From assembly GCA_032128875.1 (NCBI GenBank), contig JAVLKG010000001.1, forward strand, positions 416,001 to 480,000: a stretch of DNA of 64,000 nt. Reading direction: 5' to 3'. Both the position numbers and the translations under genes were made by a program. A model generated the notes under the pieces. It was not told the DNA's origin. It was given only the letters and a program-made list of their open reading frames with translations, and ran no database searches. Position 1 is the stretch's first letter. Each line of letters starts with the position of its first letter. Positions 37,784 through 46,676 of this stretch are shown one piece after another. The stretch is from Candidatus Melainabacteria bacterium 17Bon1m. Its GTDB lineage: Bacteria > Cyanobacteriota > Vampirovibrionia > Obscuribacterales > Obscuribacteraceae.

Positions 37784-39388
37784 ATGAATGTGACTTCTCC
37801 ATTTTCGGAGCTGAGTGAATCTGAGATCAAACAGCGCCAGCGTTGGCTTGAATTCGAGTCGATTTCTGAAGCGGAAATAGCTGCTATTAACGCGCTTCTC
37901 GAAAAACATGCAGATGAGCTCATGGACAGCATGTACGAACACTTTTTGAGCTTCGAGGAAACGCGCAGTTTCTTCCCTACCGAGCAGATAATGCAGAGAG
38001 CCAAAGGCGCTCAAAAGCAGTATTTCTTGCGACTCGGTCGGGGCGTCTATGACACTGATTATGTGAGAGACAGACTCAGAGTAGGATTGACTCACCACCG
38101 AATTGAGCTCGATCCAAAATGGTACATAGGAGCTTACAACAGAGCTGCATCATGGCTTATGCCGAGACTCTTTGCCGAAAACGATTTAAGCGAATCGGCT
38201 AAAGTCGACCTGGCGAGGTCACTTCTAAAACTCATTTTTTTCGACATGGGGCTGGCCATTGAAAGTTATATCGGGTCGAAAGAATTGGCTCTCCTCGAGC
38301 ATCGAGATGCAATTAGAGAGTTAGAGACGGAAAAGAGAGTCACAAAGAGCATTCTCGAAAGTGCTCCTATCGGCATTGTAAGTTTAGATCTCGATTACAG
38401 ATGTCTTGAGTGCAATGAAGAGTTTGCTCAGCTTGTTTCCTGTGATTCCACTTCTGACGTTATTGGAAAATTGCTCTTTGATCTGGCCCCAAAGCTTCCT
38501 CAGGAGCCTTTCAAACACGTAATCGAAACAGGTCAACCAAGCCAGTTCTCGGCCAATGCTCTTAATTTTGCAAAGAACAATCCCACTGAGGTTACTTACT
38601 GGGATTGGGCGGCCTGGCCGGTAAAAAACAAAGGTGTATACGGCATTGTTGCCATGTTCTCGAATGCAACCGATAGAGTTCAGTTGCAACAACAAAGAGA
38701 AGATTTTGTTGCCACTCTTACTCATGACCTAAAAACCCCTGTTTCTGCAACCAATCGTGCGGTCAAGCTCATTCTTGCCGGGGATTTTGGCGAAGTTTCT
38801 GCCGAACTAAGGGAAATTCTCGAGACAGTTTTGCAAAGCAACACAACTCTGTATGCGCTCGTTCAAACTTTGCTTGATGTCTATCGCTTTGACAGCGGTG
38901 TCAAGGTTATGGATATGAAAGAGTGTAACCTGGCCGGGATAGTTACACAGCTTGTCACCGAAATCATGCCTTTGGCTCAAGAAAGGCGCATTCAGCTCAA
39001 GGCTGTTTTGCCATTTGATCTTGAGTGCATAAATTGCGACCAAGAAGAAGTCCGCCGTGTTGTGCAGAACTTGATTGACAATTCGCTTAAATTCACTCCG
39101 GCTGGCGGTACCGTCACCGTCACAATGTCTCAGAACGATGAACTCACCACCGTCTCGGTAAAAGACACTGGAAAAGGCATCCCGCCTGAGAACATGTCCA
39201 AGCTATTCCAAAGATTCTGGCAAGCCGGATCAAGCGGTCGATACTACGCTAGTACCGGACTCGGTCTTTACCTGGCAAGAAAAATTGTCGAAGGTCATGG
39301 CGGCAAAATTTCATGCGAGAGTAAGGTGGGAGAAGGCAGCACATTCTCGTTCGAGCTGCCTAATTCAGGCCAAACTCCAAAGAGCTAG
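37784..39388 (+). CDS. Globin-coupled (protoglobin)-PAS sensor histidine kinase
   Basis: Globin with MYEHF, AQKQYF and proximal His in RVGLTHHRIEL.P.WY.GAY; PAS (ILESAPIGI); H-box THDLKTP; intact N, G1, F and G2 boxes; no TM. Confidence 0.92.
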   Translation: MNVTSPFSELSESEIKQRQRWLEFESISEAEIAAINALLEKHADELMDSMYEHFLSFEETRSFFPTEQIMQRAKGAQKQYFLRLGRGVYDTDYVRDRLRVGLTHHRIELDPKWYIGAYNRAASWLMPRLFAENDLSESAKVDLARSLLKLIFFDMGLAIESYIGSKELALLEHRDAIRELETEKRVTKSILESAPIGIVSLDLDYRCLECNEEFAQLVSCDSTSDVIGKLLFDLAPKLPQEPFKHVIETGQPSQFSANALNFAKNNPTEVTYWDWAAWPVKNKGVYGIVAMFSNATDRVQLQQQREDFVATLTHDLKTPVSATNRAVKLILAGDFGEVSAELREILETVLQSNTTLYALVQTLLDVYRFDSGVKVMDMKECNLAGIVTQLVTEIMPLAQERRIQLKAVLPFDLECINCDQEEVRRVVQNLIDNSLKFTPAGGTVTVTMSQNDELTTVSVKDTGKGIPPENMSKLFQRFWQAGSSGRYYASTGLGLYLARKIVEGHGGKISCESKVGEGSTFSFELPNSGQTPKS

Positions 39389-39912
39389 TTTTTCCCGGTT
39401 CCAGAAGCCACGGCTTTCTTCTCGGATTTTTCGTCTACCGTTTTTCTGGGAACTCTCACTATCATCACGTTGCAAGGCGCGTGCGAAACGACCGCTCCTG
39501 ATACGCTTCCGAGGAAGAATTTGGTGAAACCGGTACGCCCGTGGGAGCCCACCACTATCATGTCGGCAGACAAACGCTTTGCTTCATCCACAATAACTTC
39601 TGCCGGCATCCCTCCAACCACGTCTGTTTCGATCTCAAATTGAGCCAGTTTTTGTTGCATGTCTGATTTCACCCTAAGCAAAAGCTTTTCGGCGTAATCA
39701 CGTACATCCTTTTCTACCGATTCAAGAAAAAGTGGATAGCTGGCCATTGGGTGATCCATCATGATCGGCGCAATAACATGAATTAGCCTGAACTTCGTCC
39801 CGTCCGTCCATTTGTGATTGGTGAGAAAGTCCACGATAAGAGGTGCGGCCGAACTTTCATCGATTGCAGCCAGGACTAGATATCCACTCTTTTTTTCGTC
39901 TTTGTTGTTCAT
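39385..39912 (-). CDS. Universal stress protein
   Basis: VLAAID; ADMIVVGSHGRTGFTKFFLGSVS. Confidence 0.92.
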   Translation of the reverse strand: MNNKDEKKSGYLVLAAIDESSAAPLIVDFLTNHKWTDGTKFRLIHVIAPIMMDHPMASYPLFLESVEKDVRDYAEKLLLRVKSDMQQKLAQFEIETDVVGGMPAEVIVDEAKRLSADMIVVGSHGRTGFTKFFLGSVSGAVVSHAPCNVMIVRVPRKTVDEKSEKKAVASGTGKN

Positions 39913-39917
39913 GATGC

Positions 39918-40895
39918 TCACTTGCTTTGTTTTTTGTGATTGGTCGTGATGAGTTCGTTTTTTCTTTCTTCTGTCAATTTGAAGCCTTTGTGATCTTCGG
40001 GCCACAGAAGCAGGCAGGGCAATGTCAAACTGACAATGAAGTCTTCCGGTGCAGTGCCTAGAACCGTTATTCTCTTCTTGCCAATGTCTCGTGTAGGCAA
40101 AACGAAAAGAGTCTCTGCAAAGATACTTTCATCTGTTTCACCGGCCTTGTTTTCGTAAAAGAGATCCTGGCGACTCATAGCTGCATGACCTTCAAAGCAG
40201 TCGATCTCAATGTCTATGCCTTTGGCCTCAGGCAGCTCGGAGAGAAGATCCTTCTTAAAGTTGGCCGGTTTTTCTTCTCTCACACCCGTTGCCCAAAATT
40301 CCAGTTTGGGTGTAAGACCCAGCACCAATGCCAGATTTAGGCAGGAGCGGATGTATTGTATGTTGATGTGGTCCATCTCTGAAACAATGGTCATCCCCTG
40401 CCAGACGGCCGGCTTTGATTGTACGATCAGCACGGGAATGGGCGATTCATGCGCAATTCCTTCGGCAATAGAGCGCCTTATGTAATGATTGAAGTCACGG
40501 TCTACCGCACGAAGCCCCGAAGGAGCATGTCCTAGCACAATCAGATCGTAGTCTTTTGCATCTTGTGCGAGCAATTCCACTGGATTACCTTCTTTGGTAA
40601 TTACTTTTCCTTCGATTTTTTTGCCTTCTGCGATTGCCTCATATTTAGACAGCAACTGGTTGCTTAGAGAGCGCATCGACTCCATAGTCTGGTCATAAGC
40701 TTGTACGTAAGGACCGCTGCCAATAAATCCAGGCTTGTCGCTTCTTAAGAGTTCCCAGACTGTGCGGCAGTCAATAATGTGCTCTGCAGTCACGGTCGCA
40801 TTTATCTTTTCAGCAATAAACCAAGCTAGCTCCGCTGCGTTGCGAGATTGCTCAGACCCGCTCAGTGCAACGAGGATCGAATGTTTGCTCATCAT
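39918..40895 (-). CDS. Universal stress protein with degenerate second domain
   Basis: ILVALSGS; DLIVLG...SIAE.IAHESP.PVLIV. Confidence 0.82.
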   Translation of the reverse strand: MMSKHSILVALSGSEQSRNAAELAWFIAEKINATVTAEHIIDCRTVWELLRSDKPGFIGSGPYVQAYDQTMESMRSLSNQLLSKYEAIAEGKKIEGKVITKEGNPVELLAQDAKDYDLIVLGHAPSGLRAVDRDFNHYIRRSIAEGIAHESPIPVLIVQSKPAVWQGMTIVSEMDHINIQYIRSCLNLALVLGLTPKLEFWATGVREEKPANFKKDLLSELPEAKGIDIEIDCFEGHAAMSRQDLFYENKAGETDESIFAETLFVLPTRDIGKKRITVLGTAPEDFIVSLTLPCLLLWPEDHKGFKLTEERKNELITTNHKKQSK

Positions 40896-40921
40896 CTATC
40901 TCCTGAAATTTGATTGAAAAA

Positions 40922-41848
40922 CTATCTATAGACAAGAACACTTGTTCTCGTTGCTCGCACTATGTGAGTGGTCGTGCTTCCGACGACATTCTCTTCCGGA
41001 TCCTTAAAACCATATGCGCCTACTATTAAAAGCGCGTTCTGCTCTTCAGCTTGTCTCAGAATAGTGTTGGCTGGTTGACCGACCTTTACATCAAAAACAT
41101 CTTGCATCAAGCATCTAGTCTTTACTGCAACGCCTCCATCATCAGTGCCTTCTTTCTGCTGCTCTGGCGTTTGATAATTGCGCAACAACGATGCACCCAT
41201 TTCTATGATGCTATTAGCTTGCTTGATTTGATCTTCTTCTCTTACTACAAGTATGGCTTTCAGAGGTATGCCGGTGGCGATTGCCAGCTGTTCGCCCAAA
41301 AGAAGCGCTCCTTTTGAGGGCTCGCTGCCATCGTATGCAACCAGAATTGTCTTCAGTGAGTCCGGTGGTGTCACTGAAATCAATACTGACTTTTTCGCAC
41401 CGACTGCCACCCTTTCTGCTACCGAACCGACACGAAAGAATGACAATGCTGCTTGATGATTCTTGTAACCTACGCCTCTATGTCCTACAACGACCAGAGC
41501 TTTATTCTTTCCCGCCTTGAGAATCTCTTCGGTGACATCTCCAAGCACCATATGTGTCTTTGCTGCGCATCCCATGTGTGCTTCTGCATCCGCTTTCCAC
41601 AATTTGAGAATGACAGTGGCTATCTTCTTCAGACCTTGGATAATCTTTGCTGAAGCATCGATTGAAGGTTTGATGCCGAGATCTTCTGCGAATTCCGGGG
41701 AGAGGAAAAGATCGACGATTCGTGGATCTACAACTGATATCGCTTCAAGTTCTGCATCAGTTTTTTTTGCTATCCAGAATGCGGTAAGTGATGCGTTCTG
41801 ACTGTATTCGGAGCCGTCCAGTGCGACCAAAACACGGGTGTTTTTCAT
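40922..41848 (-). CDS. Tandem-domain universal stress protein
   Basis: VLVALDGS...VVVGHRG...VGSVAERV; ILVAYDGS...IVGAYG...VGSTT. Confidence 0.9.
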   Translation of the reverse strand: MKNTRVLVALDGSEYSQNASLTAFWIAKKTDAELEAISVVDPRIVDLFLSPEFAEDLGIKPSIDASAKIIQGLKKIATVILKLWKADAEAHMGCAAKTHMVLGDVTEEILKAGKNKALVVVGHRGVGYKNHQAALSFFRVGSVAERVAVGAKKSVLISVTPPDSLKTILVAYDGSEPSKGALLLGEQLAIATGIPLKAILVVREEDQIKQANSIIEMGASLLRNYQTPEQQKEGTDDGGVAVKTRCLMQDVFDVKVGQPANTILRQAEEQNALLIVGAYGFKDPEENVVGSTTTHIVRATRTSVLVYR

Positions 41849-41993
41849 GATATACCTGCTTCTTTCCTTTCCGCAGCTGTAAAGCCGGTGGCTAACCTTG
41901 CTGCTTCTATCATCCGGTTTCTTTCAGCAGGGGATATCGACCGCAATGACTATTGCTGTCTTTTGCCGTCCGGAGGGCTTTTGGTAAGGGCTG

Positions 41994-42009
41994 TCATCAC
42001 AAAGTATGA
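41994..42009. promoter_or_regulatory. Regulon box upstream of the USP trio
   Basis: TCAT-CACAAAGT-ATGA. Confidence 0.65.
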
Positions 42010-42010
42010 G

Positions 42011-44449
42011 TTAAGTGGCCGCTGCTGCGGCTGCTTCAGGCAAGCGAGCTTGCAGAAGTTGCGCTTCTTTCTCATAAACCAGCTGAATGGTCTTAACAAC
42101 CACATCTGCGCTCAGTGAAATACTGTCTATTCCTTCTGCGACCAGGAACTCTGCAAATTCAGGATAATCACTTGGGGCCTGACCGCAAATGCCTATTTTG
42201 CGACCTGCTTTTTTCGCTTCCTTAATGACATGAGATATCATCTTCTTGACCGCGGAGTTTCGCTCATCAAAGAGTTCCGCTACGTCTTTCGAGTCTCTAT
42301 CTACACCCAAAACAAGTTGCGTGAGGTCGTTCGAGCCGATCGAAAAACCATCGAAAATCTCAGCAAATTCGTCAGCCAGGATGACATTCGATGGAATTTC
42401 GCACATAACGTAGACTTCCAATCCTGCCTTGCCTCGCTCAAGCCCATTGTCCGCTAATTCCTTGAGAACAAGCAGACCCTCATTAATAGTTCGGCAAAAA
42501 GGCACCATGATTTTCACATTCGTAAGACCCATCTCTTCTCGAACATATTTAAGAGCGCGGCATTCCAGAGCAAAACCGTCTTTGTATGCTTTGTTGTAAT
42601 ATCTTGATGCTCCTCTAAAACCCAGCATCGGATTTTCTTCTACCGGCTCGAATTGACCACCTCCTAGAAGATTGGCATATTCATTGGTCTTAAAATCCGA
42701 AAGTCTGACGATTACAGCTCGAGGATAGAAAGCCGCGGCAATCGTTCCTATTCCCTCGCTCAACCTCTCTACGAAATAGTCTGTCTTGTTTTCATATTTG
42801 CCAGTCAGGTTTTGAATAGCTTCTTTCGCCTCTGAATCGTGCAATTGGTCAAATCGTGTCAAAGCCAGTGGATGCACTTTCACTTCGTTAGCAATGACGA
42901 ATTCTTCCCGCGCAAGTCCTACTCCGTCTACAGGTAAATGAGAGAGCGTAAAGGCTTGATCCGGATCGGCCAGATTGAGCATGATTTTTGTTTTCGGTTT
43001 TGGCAATTCATCAAAATCAAGCTCTAACTTGTCAAACTGAAGCATGCCTGAAAACACTTTCCCTTCAGTTCCTTCGGCACAAGATACTGTCACTTCAGTT
43101 CCTGATTTCAGCATTCTTGTAGCTAATTCCGTGCCTACCACGCAAGGCACTCCCAATTCACGGCTTACAATCGCCGCATGGCAGGTTCTACCACCCCTGT
43201 TGGTGACAATGGCTGCCGCTCTTTTCATAACCGGTTCCCAGTCCGGGTCTGTCATATCGGCGACCAGTACTTCACCGTCTTTAAAGGAAACCAATTCTTC
43301 TTTTGTTCTAATTAACCTTACTTTTCCTGCGCCGATTCGCTGGCCAATAGCGCGTCCCTGAAAGAGCAATTCTCCCTTTTCTTTCAGTGAATACGAAGTG
43401 ATTGTGCTTGCTTTCCTTGCCGAAATGACGGTTTCGGGGCGAGCTTGAACTATGTACAATCGCTGACTAAGTCCATCTTTTGCCCATTCGATGTCCATAG
43501 CCATTGCGTGATTGTTCACTTTGCTATAGTGCTCTTCAATTGAAATTGCCCATTTTGCAAGCGTGTTTACTTCTTCATCGCTCAAGGAAAGTTGATTTCG
43601 AACTTCGTCGGGCACCGGAAGATTTTTTGTTCTTCTGGTTCCGTGATTATCGTATACAAGGCGTTGTTGCTTTAGTCCGACTTTTCGTCTCAGAATTGCT
43701 TTGAACCCTTGCTTAAGGGCCGGTTTGAAGACCAGATATTCATCAGGGTCCACTTTTCCTCCGACCACATTCTCACCCAGTCCCAGTGCCGATGTAATCA
43801 GAACAGCGTCCCTAAATCCGCTTTCTGTATCGAGAGTGAAAATGACTCCCGAAGATGCGAGATCGGAGCGGACCATCTTCTGCACTGCAATCGATAGCTT
43901 GACGCCAAGCTGGTCGAAGCCTTTGTCGTGTCTATAGGAAATCGCTCTTTCTGTGAAAAGAGAAGCAAAACAATCTAAGCAAGCGACAATCAGTGCTTGC
44001 TCACCCTGGATGTTCAAAAACGACTCCTGTTGCCCGGCAAAAGAAGCATCAGGTAAGTCTTCTGCCGTTGCACTGGAGCGAACAGCCACATCTACATCGT
44101 TGCTTTCGCTGTTCTTCGAGAGCAATTTGTAAGCGGAGATCACTTCTCGTTTTACCGGCTCCGGAATTCCTGCTTTTCGTATCAGCTCTCTTGCTTTATG
44201 AGAGCGTTCCTGTAAATCCTGCACACTGCCTGTGAGTGGCGACTGAAAGAGCTTCTCCAGCTCGTTTTTAACGTTGCCTTGTTCGAGAATTGCATCATAT
44301 GCATCGACTGTGATCGCAAAGCCTTCCGGTACATTGATGCCGAGTTGGCTGAGGCATCCTGTCATTTCGCCCAGGGACGCATTCTTCCCTCCGACCTTCG
44401 GCAAGCTGGCCATCGAAATCTCGTCGAATTGCAATATGTACTTGCTCAT
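42011..44449 (-). CDS. ppsA: Phosphoenolpyruvate synthase
   Basis: VGGKNASLGEM, VRSSATAED, GGRTCHAAI (phospho-His), EENPMLGFRG, SIGSNDLTQ, GICGQ. Confidence 0.97.
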   Translation of the reverse strand: MSKYILQFDEISMASLPKVGGKNASLGEMTGCLSQLGINVPEGFAITVDAYDAILEQGNVKNELEKLFQSPLTGSVQDLQERSHKARELIRKAGIPEPVKREVISAYKLLSKNSESNDVDVAVRSSATAEDLPDASFAGQQESFLNIQGEQALIVACLDCFASLFTERAISYRHDKGFDQLGVKLSIAVQKMVRSDLASSGVIFTLDTESGFRDAVLITSALGLGENVVGGKVDPDEYLVFKPALKQGFKAILRRKVGLKQQRLVYDNHGTRRTKNLPVPDEVRNQLSLSDEEVNTLAKWAISIEEHYSKVNNHAMAMDIEWAKDGLSQRLYIVQARPETVISARKASTITSYSLKEKGELLFQGRAIGQRIGAGKVRLIRTKEELVSFKDGEVLVADMTDPDWEPVMKRAAAIVTNRGGRTCHAAIVSRELGVPCVVGTELATRMLKSGTEVTVSCAEGTEGKVFSGMLQFDKLELDFDELPKPKTKIMLNLADPDQAFTLSHLPVDGVGLAREEFVIANEVKVHPLALTRFDQLHDSEAKEAIQNLTGKYENKTDYFVERLSEGIGTIAAAFYPRAVIVRLSDFKTNEYANLLGGGQFEPVEENPMLGFRGASRYYNKAYKDGFALECRALKYVREEMGLTNVKIMVPFCRTINEGLLVLKELADNGLERGKAGLEVYVMCEIPSNVILADEFAEIFDGFSIGSNDLTQLVLGVDRDSKDVAELFDERNSAVKKMISHVIKEAKKAGRKIGICGQAPSDYPEFAEFLVAEGIDSISLSADVVVKTIQLVYEKEAQLLQARLPEAAAAAAT

Positions 44450-44463
44450 TTTTAGCTCCACTC

Positions 44464-44880
44464 TTATGAGTAACGATGGACCTCTTGAAGCAGAAGATCG
44501 AAAATCACGGGTGCAAGATTGGAACAGCTCAGTTGGCAGTCGAGCGGTTTTGCTTTTCCTGAGGCCATCCTTGCTCTGTAATAACTCAATCTGTTCTGAA
44601 ATGATTTCCAGGCTGTTTGCATGTCTGCTGCACTCGTCGTGTTATTCCTGCTTGCGAAAAAGTGCTGTAATACTTTATATGCGGCCTGGCAGCATTCGCA
44701 GCAATCGGTCAGATCATTTTCTGGGTTGCCGACGGTTTCAATCTCTTTCGGGTCACCGCCATCCTCAAATACACCAAACTCCCTTGCTCCTTGCTGAATA
44801 GCCTGAGCTCCAGTCAGTCCGTTGCCCACAAGTAAATCGTGAATATATAAACGGGCGCTTGGAAAGCTTAGCGACTTCAT
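44464..44880 (-). CDS. Hypothetical protein with CCECC motif
   Basis: 138 aa; ATGA overlap with the upstream gene and ends just before ppsA. Confidence 0.6.
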   Translation of the reverse strand: MKSLSFPSARLYIHDLLVGNGLTGAQAIQQGAREFGVFEDGGDPKEIETVGNPENDLTDCCECCQAAYKVLQHFFASRNNTTSAADMQTAWKSFQNRLSYYRARMASGKAKPLDCQLSCSNLAPVIFDLLLQEVHRYS

Positions 44881-45458
44881 GTTTCAAAACCGGCCTTTGT
44901 CTCCGAGACCAAAGCGATTGCGTTTTGTTGACCCAGTTCTGTGCCTGTATCGATGCCGTCTTCAACTGTAATCAGATGTTTGCCGCCCGCACAGAAGAAA
45001 TGATGAATGAGTGGACGCAATTCACGAATGCGATCTTGCTTGCTGCCGACAAATTGTCCGAGATCGACTGAAATTAGCCCATCTGCGTTTTCCATTTCAT
45101 CAAGCGCCGCTCTGAATCCAAAAGACGGATGGTCCGAAACATCGCTGAATGTGTCATAAATTTGATAGCCATTCTCGCTGCAGTACGCTTTAATGAGTTC
45201 GAGCTTTTCCTCGAGGTCCTCTTCTTTGAGCACGCGGATGTAGACTACCAGTCGTTCTTTTCTATTGCGATTGACATAGTAGTTTGAGATTGAATTGCTT
45301 TTCTCGGTGCAAAGGCAACGATTCAGCAGGTCTCCTTGATGACTAATTCTAGGAGAGTGCGGTCTTTTCTCTTTGAAAAAGTGTTCCATTAAGGGACGCT
45401 GTTCGTGATCATCCAAAGCGTTCATTGTTTTTACTCCCGGACTTCCGTTGTTTTCCAT
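44877..45458 (-). CDS. Serine-recombinase (resolvase) catalytic-domain-like protein, apparently inactive
   Basis: VVYIRV, YC...GY.I...F.D, GIDT.T..G pattern; RVS is RVL and DRLxR is absent; no HTH. Confidence 0.65.
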   Translation of the reverse strand: MENNGSPGVKTMNALDDHEQRPLMEHFFKEKRPHSPRISHQGDLLNRCLCTEKSNSISNYYVNRNRKERLVVYIRVLKEEDLEEKLELIKAYCSENGYQIYDTFSDVSDHPSFGFRAALDEMENADGLISVDLGQFVGSKQDRIRELRPLIHHFFCAGGKHLITVEDGIDTGTELGQQNAIALVSETKAGFET

Positions 45459-45469
45459 TTGTAATGAGC

Positions 45470-45937
45470 TTATGCGATTTTTTGTTCCTTGACTGCATCT
45501 ATCGGTTTAATAACTACAACCGAGCAGGGTGCATGAGAGACAAGGAACATTGAGACGCTTCCCAAAATAATTCTGTCCAGTCCGTGCCGTCCATGACTTC
45601 CCACGATGAGCATTTCAGGTCTTTCTCTGGTCACTTCCTTCATGATCTCGTCTGCAGCAAAACCTTCTATTATCTGCTTTTGAATCATTGTCTTTGGCAC
45701 AGATCTACTTATGGTGCGAACAAAGTCTTCGACCAGACGAGCTGCCTCGTCTTTTCGCTTCTCCAGCATTTCATCAAGAACTGGACCCGGCAGTACGGCC
45801 ATTAGATTGCCGACTTTGAGAGGCTCGACAACACTCAATACCTTAAAGTCCGTGCCTTCATCCCATTTGTGAGTGTTTACAAATTCAGCAATTGCATTTG
45901 CAAAATTGACTTCATCTATAGCGATCAAAACTTTCAT
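45470..45937 (-). CDS. Universal stress protein
   Basis: MKVLIAID; LIVGSHGRHGLDRIILGSVS. Confidence 0.92.
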   Translation of the reverse strand: MKVLIAIDEVNFANAIAEFVNTHKWDEGTDFKVLSVVEPLKVGNLMAVLPGPVLDEMLEKRKDEAARLVEDFVRTISRSVPKTMIQKQIIEGFAADEIMKEVTRERPEMLIVGSHGRHGLDRIILGSVSMFLVSHAPCSVVVIKPIDAVKEQKIA

Positions 45938-46010
45938 TTGCCAAAACCTCTTGTACTGAGTCTCGCCGTCTCGTTGCTGCCATTTGACCACGCTTGAATC
46001 CGTCGACACA

Positions 46011-46162
46011 TCATGCAAAGGGACTAGGGCCAGTCAACCGAAGCTCTCGGTCACTTACTTTCTTTCAAAATTGCCCCGGACCCAACCGCATTATTTAGGA
46101 TAGTCACTACGATTTGCCTTCATACTAAAGGACTATTCATTCGGGTAAGTAAGAGGCAAACT
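46011..46162. promoter_or_regulatory. Divergent promoter with regulon boxes (46011-46026, 46120-46135)
   Basis: TCAT-GCAAAGGG-ACTA and TCAT-ACTAAAGG-ACTA; CAAACT at 46157. Confidence 0.65.
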
Positions 46163-46300
46163 GCTCTGGATTTCCGCTTTTGCTGGTCTTAACAACAGTC
46201 AAACCTGGGAACGATGGGGACATTTCTCCCAGATGGCACTATTAAAGCCAGGCGGCGTTTGCAAAGGTTACTTTGCCGCCCACGTTGGAGAGGCGAGAGT

Positions 46301-46669
46301 ATGCTTTTACAGAACGTTCACCAAGGTTCAGACTTCAGAGACGCCGTGGAAAAGCCCGCACTAGATGCATGTCTTGCGTCGATTCTCGCTTGCACGGGTT
46401 TAGGGGTACTAGTCACTTACCTTTGGCTTGTCGAATCAATACCAGTTGCCAGTCTTTCAGGAGCCGTCATGGCTGGGGCTGCAGTCGGTGCCAGCGCGGG
46501 AATTCTCCTATTCGGACTTGTTGATGTGGTGATCTCTGGACGCCTCGAGGAATCTGCAGAAATTGTTGAAGATGCAGATGCAGTTTTAGACAACGAAGAG
46601 AAATACGAAACGCCGCCAGAATTTCTGGGGCAAGAGGAAGATGACTTCACTCTGCAGAAAGCCTCGTAA
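46301..46669 (+). CDS. Two-TM membrane protein with acidic tail; paralog of 1402-1818
   Basis: AGAAVGASAGILLFGLVDVVISGRLEE...KAS. Confidence 0.75.
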   Translation: MLLQNVHQGSDFRDAVEKPALDACLASILACTGLGVLVTYLWLVESIPVASLSGAVMAGAAVGASAGILLFGLVDVVISGRLEESAEIVEDADAVLDNEEKYETPPEFLGQEEDDFTLQKAS

Positions 46670-46676
46670 TTTTGAT

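Noticed and set aside
44877-45458. Active recombinase or transposon marking a mobile element
   Set aside because: The catalytic serine and arginines are missing, and no transposase, terminal repeats or att sites were seen.
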